Shown here: positions 57,575 through 64,000 of the stretch, one piece after another
Numbering within the stretch: position 1 is the stretch's first letter
How the letters are laid out: each line of letters opens with the position of its first letter
DNA from: an uncultured Gammaproteobacteria bacterium
GTDB lineage: Bacteria; Pseudomonadota; Gammaproteobacteria; Steroidobacterales; UBA11654
DNA length: 64,000 bases
Direction: 5' to 3'
NCBI GenBank assembly: GCA_902634075.1
Contig: CACPJA010000004.1
Coordinates: 613 to 64,612 of the forward strand
The notes under the pieces: generated by a model
The model's database searches: none
Told to the model about the DNA's origin: nothing
Seen by the model: only the letters and a program-made list of their open reading frames with translations
Made by a program: the position numbers and the translations under genes

Positions 57575-58504
57575 CTAATGATTAATTTCCTCTGAAATAA
57601 GATTATATAATTTCTTATTTAAATCATTATCAAAAGTATTTATTTTTTGAGAATCATCTAATGTCCTTAACCATGTTAATTGCCTCTTTGCTAATCTCCT
57701 TGTCGCTAGGATTGATTTTTCTTTAGCCTCTATTAAGGTTTGCTTACCTTCTATATGTGCACATATATCTTTGTATCCAATAGACTTCATCGAATTATGG
57801 GAAGAAGTTAGTTCGGGACGATTTAAAAGAGCCCTAACCTCATCAACTAAACCGAGATTTAGCATTTGATCAAATCTATCTTCTATCCTTTTGTATAGAG
57901 TTTCACGATCATCAGGGAATAAACTAATATTAAAAAATTCATATTCTGATTTTTTTCGATTGTCTGAAAAAAAAGAGCTCAAAGGCTTGCCTGATAATTC
58001 ATAGACTTCCAAAGCTCTCTGGATCCTCTGCTTATCATTAGCTTTTATTTTCTCACCAGAAACAGGATCAATTTTTGAGAGTCTTTTATGTAACTCAGGC
58101 CATCCAATTTCATCAGATTCGTCTTCAATTTTTTTTCTTATTGTTTGATCCGAGGATGGGAGATCACTCAACCCTTTACTAAGAGCATTAAAATACATCA
58201 TCGTTCCACCAACAAGTATAGGGGTTTTCCTTTTGCTAAGAATAATTTTAATTGCTTTATTAACATCTTCATAAAAGGTTCCCAGGGAATAATTAAAACT
58301 TGGGTCACATATATCTATTAGATGATGAGGATAATTTTCAAGGGTTTTCTGATCAGGTTTTGCAGAGCCTATATTAAGTCCTCTGTATACCATTACTGAA
58401 TCAACACTGATTATTTCGAGCGGTAATTTATTACTCAGATCAATTGTTAAATGGGTTTTTCCAGAGGCGGTTGGACCTCTTAATGTAATTACTGACTGAG
58501 TCAT
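57575..58504 (-). CDS. miaA: tRNA dimethylallyltransferase MiaA
   Basis: P-loop LRGPTASGKT, ISVDSVMVYRGLNIGSAKP, HHLIDI. Confidence 0.95.
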   Translation of the reverse strand: MTQSVITLRGPTASGKTHLTIDLSNKLPLEIISVDSVMVYRGLNIGSAKPDQKTLENYPHHLIDICDPSFNYSLGTFYEDVNKAIKIILSKRKTPILVGGTMMYFNALSKGLSDLPSSDQTIRKKIEDESDEIGWPELHKRLSKIDPVSGEKIKANDKQRIQRALEVYELSGKPLSSFFSDNRKKSEYEFFNISLFPDDRETLYKRIEDRFDQMLNLGLVDEVRALLNRPELTSSHNSMKSIGYKDICAHIEGKQTLIEAKEKSILATRRLAKRQLTWLRTLDDSQKINTFDNDLNKKLYNLISEEINH

Positions 58505-58513
58505 TTTATCAAT

Positions 58514-59536
58514 TTATTTAAAATGAGGAAGCACCCTTTCACCGATTAAAATTAATGCCTCCATTGGATCATCATGAAGCCTTAGAGATAATTGTGTCTG
58601 ACCTGCTGCTTCAAAAGATTTATATCGATTAACCTCTCTTTCTATATCATCCTCGCCACCTGTGGAAGTAAAAACAACGCATAACTCATTGGCAAGTTTC
58701 TCAGGAATTTTCTTAATATTGCCAGAACGATCAAAATAAGCGTCAACAAAAGAATCAAAATTGTCTCTAATTAAATCACAATCCTCATCACTAAAATAAT
58801 GCTTAAGAAGTTCCCGTTCTAATTTTCTTGCCCTCCATGCTAACTCTCGTCTAGATTCTCGGAATGCTTCTTCTTTGTCTTTTTTAATATGCCAAGCCCA
58901 AAAACTATTTATTTCTATTTCTTTGTTATCGTCAGTTCTTTTATCAATACCTATATTAATATTCTCAATAGCTGGAGAGATAATTTCAGGTGGTGTAGCT
59001 CCAATATATACTCCATCAGCTATTCTCCCTTCCATTCGCATCATCATATGTTTATAAGCAGTCCCATAGACCTTTGGCCTTTTTGAATTAGCCCATGAGT
59101 AATCACACGGTAGATTTACTGAAAATATTTCGCCATCGTATTGATCTTCTAGATTGTTTTTAGATGCCATAACAATTATTTCGAGCGCCTCTCTTACAGC
59201 TAGCACTATCTTCTTGGGCGTATTAAGACCCATAGCAGTAATATTGCCCTCACCTGCTCCAACAGCTACCTGAGCTCTCCCTTGACTCATCTCATTAAGA
59301 GTAATTAATGAATTTGCTATTTTTAGTGGGTGCATTTCAAAAGGACTGACAGCTAAAGGTCCAAATTTAATCTTTTTGGTTGTTTGGGCTAGTGGTACTA
59401 GACTTAAAAAAGGGTCCCAGTGAGCAAAATAATTTGATGTCCAAATAGCATTGATCCCATATTCCTCAGCTTTGATTCCGAGTTCATTGATTTGTTTTGG
59501 ATCCAAATCAGGTTCAAGAATAATATCAATGTCCAT
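58514..59536 (-). CDS. LLM-class (luciferase-like, Mer-like) oxidoreductase, paralogue of 9174..10202
   Basis: MDIDIILEP, GPLAVSPFEMHPLKIANSL, GRAQVAVGAGEG and FWAWHIKKDKEEA align block for block with the 9174..10202 product. Confidence 0.8.
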   Translation of the reverse strand: MDIDIILEPDLDPKQINELGIKAEEYGINAIWTSNYFAHWDPFLSLVPLAQTTKKIKFGPLAVSPFEMHPLKIANSLITLNEMSQGRAQVAVGAGEGNITAMGLNTPKKIVLAVREALEIIVMASKNNLEDQYDGEIFSVNLPCDYSWANSKRPKVYGTAYKHMMMRMEGRIADGVYIGATPPEIISPAIENINIGIDKRTDDNKEIEINSFWAWHIKKDKEEAFRESRRELAWRARKLERELLKHYFSDEDCDLIRDNFDSFVDAYFDRSGNIKKIPEKLANELCVVFTSTGGEDDIEREVNRYKSFEAAGQTQLSLRLHDDPMEALILIGERVLPHFK

Positions 59537-60694
59537 TTATTTTGATAACTCTCTTTTTATATTTGATGAATAGGCTTTTATACCTCTAACAATTGCTTTG
59601 GCAATCTTATCTTGGTTTTTAATGTTAACCAGAAAAGCCTCGTCCTTTTTATTAGAGAGGTAGCTTGTTTCTATTAATACGGAAGCAACTTGAGTCGATT
59701 TGAGAACTGCAAAAGGAGCTTCCCTTGAAGACAATTTTCTGACTCGAACATCCCTCTTCATTTCCTGAAGTATAAAGTTGCCTAAATCGATACTTTGATC
59801 ATAGGCATCAACCTGAGAAGACCTCAATCTTGAAAATGACCTACTAGAGACACCCTTATTCAATTTTACTTTGACTTTAGATTTAGGGTGGTACATAACT
59901 TTGTAATTACTTCCCTTAGGTATTTTTTTAGAATCTGGTAGTGCATACAAGGTCGCGCCTCTTACGTTAGGATCACTAAATGCATCAGCATGTATAGAAA
60001 TTAATACATGCGCATTACCCTCTTTAGCCCTTCTTATTCGTTCATTGAGAGATTCGCGTTGGGAACAGTTCTTCGCCTTACCTGGGCATGGAAATGAATC
60101 ATCTGATCTGGTTAAGAATGCAGTCATTCCCTTTTCTGAATCTATTAGTCTTTTCAAACGTATAGCAATTTTTAATACTAAATCTTTTTCTATAACTTTG
60201 CTTCCTCTAGCCCCTGGGTCTTTACCTCCATGTCCTGGGTCAATAGCGACAATCAAGTTTGCTTTGTTCACGGAAGCAGCAGTCAACCTTCTACTTCCAT
60301 CATAACTCCTCTTTAAATCAATAATTATTCTAAAGTTTGGGTTTGTACCGATGGCTATCTTTTCAACCCTATAAAAGACTATGTCGTCTGTCTCAATAAC
60401 TAAGCGGGAACGATTTCTATTATTTTTAGCTATACGGACTTTTTTTATTAAGCCCTTCTCTCTGTCGGTTTTCAGCTGAGAACTTATCTCTGTTTGATAT
60501 AAATCTATAACAACTCTGTTTGGTCTGTTTAGAGTAAAAACTTTATAGTTAATTGTTTGAGAGACATCAATTACCAATCTTGTCTCAAGTGATTCTGTAC
60601 TGATTCTAATATTCTTTAATAATGCTTTTGCATCTACCGAATTAGATATCAGTACTGTAAATATGATTAAGAATAGTGTTCTTTGTTTATTAAT
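59537..60694 (-). CDS. amiB: N-acetylmuramoyl-L-alanine amidase (AMIN domain + Amidase_3), AmiB by synteny; probable non-canonical ATT start
   Basis: Catalytic block VAIDPGHGGKDPGA. The reading frame is open upstream of the first canonical start (TTG 60577). There it encodes a signal peptide NKQRTLFLIIFTVLISNSVDA and the first AMIN strands. AAGGA lies 8 nt upstream of ATT at 60694. Confidence 0.75.
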   Translation of the reverse strand: MNKQRTLFLIIFTVLISNSVDAKALLKNIRISTESLETRLVIDVSQTINYKVFTLNRPNRVVIDLYQTEISSQLKTDREKGLIKKVRIAKNNRNRSRLVIETDDIVFYRVEKIAIGTNPNFRIIIDLKRSYDGSRRLTAASVNKANLIVAIDPGHGGKDPGARGSKVIEKDLVLKIAIRLKRLIDSEKGMTAFLTRSDDSFPCPGKAKNCSQRESLNERIRRAKEGNAHVLISIHADAFSDPNVRGATLYALPDSKKIPKGSNYKVMYHPKSKVKVKLNKGVSSRSFSRLRSSQVDAYDQSIDLGNFILQEMKRDVRVRKLSSREAPFAVLKSTQVASVLIETSYLSNKKDEAFLVNIKNQDKIAKAIVRGIKAYSSNIKRELSK

Positions 60695-60730
60695 AGTCCT
60701 TATCCTTAATAGGTTTTTGATGAATCTACT

Positions 60731-61195
60731 CTACCGAAAATCAATCTTATTACCTAATTTATTAGTTTGACTTAATAATTCTATGCTGCGTTCATTAATC
60801 TCGTTTGTCATATCAAATGAGATTACTATATCTGCAGGCAAAATAAGATCATGACTCCTTTCTGGCCATTCAATTATCATAACTGTTGGCTTTGCATTGT
60901 TTGGCTCCTCATGCAATTCAAGCTCAATGATCTCTTCAGGGCGCTCAATTCGATAGAGATCTATGTGCAATATATAGAACTCTATTGTTTCTATTCTCTC
61001 GATTATGCTAAAGGTTGGACTTGTGATTAATTCTTGATACCCCATGCCTTTAATCAATCCTTTGGAAAAAGTTGTTTTTCCGGAGCCCAGTTCACCTTTG
61101 AGATAGATAATAAAATTTTGATTTAAATTATTCACTAAACCTGAACCAAGCTTATTGGCAACTTTAAGCATTTGTTTTTCAGAACTTATAATCAT
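60731..61195 (-). CDS. tsaE: tRNA threonylcarbamoyladenosine biosynthesis ATPase TsaE
   Basis: P-loop LKGELGSGKTTFSKG, SPTFS, LYR motifs. 154 aa. Confidence 0.9.
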   Translation of the reverse strand: MIISSEKQMLKVANKLGSGLVNNLNQNFIIYLKGELGSGKTTFSKGLIKGMGYQELITSPTFSIIERIETIEFYILHIDLYRIERPEEIIELELHEEPNNAKPTVMIIEWPERSHDLILPADIVISFDMTNEINERSIELLSQTNKLGNKIDFR

Positions 61196-62679
61196 GGATT
61201 AATAATATGTTTTAACTCTTTAAACAAGTCAGTTGCAATAATCCCTCTTTCTCCAGATTTGGCGGCTTGGTCTCCTGCTAGTGCATGTATATAGGCAGCA
61301 AGCGCTGTGAGAGTTTTTGGGTTTACTTCTTTAAATTGACTGCTTAAAGCTGCAATAATCCCTGTAAGCAAGTCCCCCATACCCGCTGTGGACATACCCG
61401 GATTCCCTGCAGTAACAACAAACGGGATTTCTTCTTCAGCACCTATGAGTGTATTGTTTCCTTTAAGTAACGTTACACCCCCATATTTTTCAATTAACTT
61501 TTTAAGACTGGTTAACCGGTCTTCTTGGATCTCTGGATTTAAGCAACCCAATAACCTGGCTGCTTCTCCAGGATGTGGTGTTAATATCCAATTGTCCCTT
61601 TTCGTAGGGCGATCAGCTAAAAGATTTAAGCCATCAGCATCTATAATGAGTTGTTTCTCGCTTTCGATTGCTTTATTAAATAGATCTTTAGCCCAACGGT
61701 CTATACCTAATCCAGGACCAATTGCAATAACATCAGCTTTGTTAATAAGTTCTGATATTTTATCGCTCTTATCATCTGCTGAGTGTGCCATTATTTCGGG
61801 TGTAGTTTTAGAAATAATAGCTACATTCTCAGGTCTGGTAATAACACTGACTAATCCAGCCCCTGTTCTAAGTGTTGATTCCGATGTAATTCTTGCTGCT
61901 CCTCCCATCCCATGATTGCCAGCAATAACTAAAACATGGCCAAAGTCTCCCTTATGTGAAGATCTGTTTCTGGGTTTTAAATGTTGTTTAAGTAGTGATT
62001 GATTAACTATTTCTAATTCTATTTTTGCGTTCTTAAAGCACTTATCAGGAATGGACAAATTTGAAAACTCTATGCAACCAGAAATTATTGGTCCTTGGTT
62101 TAAATAAAGACCCTTCTTCCTGCCCACAAAGGTTGTAGTTACATCTGCCTTTATCGATGATCCCATTACTTCTCCTGTATCAGCATTTAATCCTGAAGGG
62201 ATATCTAATGAGAGAACTGGAGCCTTAGATTTGTTTATTGTATTAATTGCTTGTAAGAACTCTCCCTGGACATTCCGATTAATTCCTATTCCAAAAATAC
62301 CATCAATAATCAAATCACAGTCAATATCTATCTGATTGCTCCAGTCAAATACTTCCCCATCTAATGCTTGATATTCATTAAAGGCTTTTAATGCATCATC
62401 TCTTAGAATTGCGGTGTCACAGAGTGTAATAACTTTGGTTTTAATCTGATTCTCTATTGCTAAGCAACCTAATAAGTAGGCATCTCCTGAGTTATTGCCG
62501 CTGCCGCAAAATATCATTATGGAATTAGCATTTGAAAAGTATCTTTCTAGTTGCTGAAAACTAAAAGTAGCAGCTCTTTTCATAAGAATAAAACCAGGAA
62601 TATCCTCTTGATGAATAGCTCTTTGATCAACTTCGGAAACGGTCTTTGAAGAAAAAATATAATATTCTGGATTAGTCAT
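61192..62679 (-). CDS. nnr: Bifunctional NAD(P)H-hydrate repair enzyme Nnr (epimerase + ADP-dependent dehydratase)
   Basis: YjeF_N block CGSGNNSGDAYLLG and C-terminal kinase-fold blocks GPGLG and GMSTAGMGDLLTG. The start is taken at ATG 62679 (MTNPEYY). Confidence 0.9.
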   Translation of the reverse strand: MTNPEYYIFSSKTVSEVDQRAIHQEDIPGFILMKRAATFSFQQLERYFSNANSIMIFCGSGNNSGDAYLLGCLAIENQIKTKVITLCDTAILRDDALKAFNEYQALDGEVFDWSNQIDIDCDLIIDGIFGIGINRNVQGEFLQAINTINKSKAPVLSLDIPSGLNADTGEVMGSSIKADVTTTFVGRKKGLYLNQGPIISGCIEFSNLSIPDKCFKNAKIELEIVNQSLLKQHLKPRNRSSHKGDFGHVLVIAGNHGMGGAARITSESTLRTGAGLVSVITRPENVAIISKTTPEIMAHSADDKSDKISELINKADVIAIGPGLGIDRWAKDLFNKAIESEKQLIIDADGLNLLADRPTKRDNWILTPHPGEAARLLGCLNPEIQEDRLTSLKKLIEKYGGVTLLKGNNTLIGAEEEIPFVVTAGNPGMSTAGMGDLLTGIIAALSSQFKEVNPKTLTALAAYIHALAGDQAAKSGERGIIATDLFKELKHIINP

Positions 62680-62725
62680 AATAAATATTATACTGATCTT
62701 AAAACTAAAAGACTTTATGGAATAA

Positions 62726-63778
62726 ATGGAAGATATCAACGAATTAAAAAATCAAATCAAGGCCTGGTCATCCGAACTAGGATTTGAAGGTATGGGGGTT
62801 AGCAATATCAACATCGAAGAAGATGGCAATCATTTAAACAAATGGCTTAAAAAGAAACGCCATGGGTCGATGGCTTATATGAAAAAACACGGCGAAAAGC
62901 GGTCACGTCCAGATCTTTTATTGCCAGGAACAATACGAGTGATATCACTGAAGATCCATTACTATTCAAGAGATAAAGAACAAGCTGAGATTGATTTAGA
63001 TGATAGTGAAAAATCTTATATAGCAAATTACGCATTGGGGCGTGATTACCACAAGACAATCAAACAGAAGTTGAAACTTTTAGTCTCCAGAATTAGAAAA
63101 TATTCAAAATTAAAAGGTCAAAACTTTTTTGTGGATTCAGCACCAGTGTTAGAAAGAGCATTTGCAAGGGATGGCGGCTTGGGATGGATTGGTAAGAATA
63201 CAAACTTGATTAATAAAAATGAAGGCTCTTGGTTTTTTCTTGCTGAAATCTTTACTGATATAGAAATTCCTGTTGATGAACCTGCAACCAATCATTGTGG
63301 CTCTTGTAATGACTGTATAAAAGTCTGCCCTACTGAGGCTATAGTTGCTCCATACCAATTAGACGCAAGACGCTGTATATCATATCTAACTATAGAGAAT
63401 AAGGATGTCATTCCGTTAGAAATGAGAAAAGCTATAGGTAACAGAATATTTGGTTGTGATGACTGTCAAATTTTTTGCCCATGGAACAAGTTTGCTAAAA
63501 AATTAGTTACTGATGATTTTTTACCAAGAGAGCAATTTGTGAATGAGTCTTTAGAAAGCCTATTTAAATGGACAAGAGATGATTGGGAGAAAAACACACA
63601 AGGTAGCGCCATAAGAAGAGCTGGTTATTCCGGTTGGCTAAGAAATCTTGCTGTAGCTCTTGGGAACTCTAGAAAAAAGGAATCGGTGAGAGCGGCACTT
63701 GCCTCAAGATTAGATGATACGAATAAGATGGTTAGAGAGCATATTATCTGGGCGATAGAAGAACAAAAAGCCCCTTAA
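62726..63778 (+). CDS. queG: tRNA epoxyqueuosine(34) reductase QueG
   Basis: Two ferredoxin-type clusters, CGSCNDCIKVCPTEA and CDDCQIFCPWN, plus C-terminal HEAT-like repeats. Divergent from nnr as in E. coli. Confidence 0.9.
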   Translation: MEDINELKNQIKAWSSELGFEGMGVSNINIEEDGNHLNKWLKKKRHGSMAYMKKHGEKRSRPDLLLPGTIRVISLKIHYYSRDKEQAEIDLDDSEKSYIANYALGRDYHKTIKQKLKLLVSRIRKYSKLKGQNFFVDSAPVLERAFARDGGLGWIGKNTNLINKNEGSWFFLAEIFTDIEIPVDEPATNHCGSCNDCIKVCPTEAIVAPYQLDARRCISYLTIENKDVIPLEMRKAIGNRIFGCDDCQIFCPWNKFAKKLVTDDFLPREQFVNESLESLFKWTRDDWEKNTQGSAIRRAGYSGWLRNLAVALGNSRKKESVRAALASRLDDTNKMVREHIIWAIEEQKAP

Positions 63779-64000
63779 GTTAGAACACTGACGGAGTTAT
63801 TAAAAAAATGCTTCCCGTATTTCACCGACACTAATTCAGTAAAAAGCATTTGAAAATGATCGTCATTATGGATTGGATCTATACTCTCTGCATTTACAAC
63901 CAACAACGGTGAACTCTCATAGTAATAAAAGAAGTTGGCGTATGCATCAGCCAATTTTTCGAGATAAGCTTTATCTATTAGTGTATCGATCGACGGTGAT
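63775..64000 (-). CDS. Deoxynucleoside kinase family protein, C-terminal fragment (5' end outside window)
   Basis: My translation of the minus strand gives ..IDKAYLEKLADAYANFFYYYESSPLLVVNAESIDPIHNDDHFQMLFTEL..VLT*. This resembles the C-terminus of gammaproteobacterial deoxynucleoside kinases as I recall them. It is not in the ORF track because it lacks a start in the window. Confidence 0.5.
   Translation of the reverse strand, partial: SPSIDTLIDKAYLEKLADAYANFFYYYESSPLLVVNAESIDPIHNDDHFQMLFTELVSVKYGKHFFNNSVSVLT

Noticed and set aside
60731-60733. The tsaE stop codon TAG is in frame with the amiB upstream coding region, which suggests stop-codon read-through or TAG recoding to give a TsaE-AmiB fusion.
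   Set aside because: TAG clearly terminates other genes in the window, for example at 19841-19843, 20246-20248 and 8722-8724. A cytoplasmic ATPase fused in front of a signal peptide makes no biological sense. An SD-spaced ATT start explains the data more simply.
61388-61915. 175-aa plus-strand ORF antisense to nnr. Similar long antisense ORFs occur at 11969..12397, 56791..57189, 47929..48270, 54543..54854 and 7737..8051.
   Set aside because: All lie completely inside well-supported genes on the other strand. Their products are Ser/Leu/Pro-rich with no recognisable motifs, and they have no plausible ribosome-binding context. They are typical shadow ORFs.

Overview
This is a gene-dense, AT-rich chromosomal segment, roughly 95% coding by ORF coordinates. 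It looks like the core genome of a streamlined, probably marine, gammaproteobacterium. That assignment is an inference from gene order, which follows the E. coli/Pseudomonas blocks queG / nnr-tsaE-amiB-(mutL)-miaA-(hfq)-hflXKC-purA-(rnr)-rlmB-rpsF-rpsR-rplI-dnaB and rpsP-rimM-trmD-rplS.

Contents by region:
- 1-16.4 kb: oxidoreductases, hydrolases and CoA-dependent enzymes. These include a Baeyer-Villiger monooxygenase convergent with an SDR / paraoxonase-like propeller / quinone oxidoreductase / MFS operon, a Tat-signal aminotransferase, exported M20 and DUF917 proteins, two luciferase-like (LLM) oxidoreductases, an acyl-CoA ligase and an enoyl-CoA hydratase. One tRNA-Ser(GGA) is also present.
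- 16.5-31.4 kb: a TonB-dependent receptor, two small secreted paralogues of unknown function, and an Atu/Liu-like acyl-CoA carboxylase cluster (carboxylase beta and alpha, an embedded TetR, AtuA-family protein, hydratase, three acyl-CoA dehydrogenases, DinB-like protein).
- 32-45.7 kb: bcp, bepA, mlaA, mlaC, class I aldolase, an Rrf2-sufBCDS-sufU-sufT operon, sppA and a PQQ-type dehydrogenase.
- 45.7-64 kb: ribosomal and housekeeping genes.

I found no rRNA, CRISPR array, transposase, integrase, phage gene or recognisable defence system, and nothing that clearly amounts to a wholly new system.

The observations most worth following up are:
- the canonical mutL and hfq slots are empty, and an LLM oxidoreductase sits where mutL should be;
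- the amiB signal peptide and first AMIN-domain strands lie upstream of any canonical start codon, with an SD-spaced ATT as the best candidate start;
- a membrane-anchored bacterial paraoxonase homologue lies next to a BVMO;
- a tandem pair of Cys-framed secreted proteins lies beside the TonB-dependent receptor;
- perfect palindromes sit in the promoters of the carboxylase cluster and the suf operon.

All family assignments come from motif recognition by eye and need HMM or BLAST confirmation.
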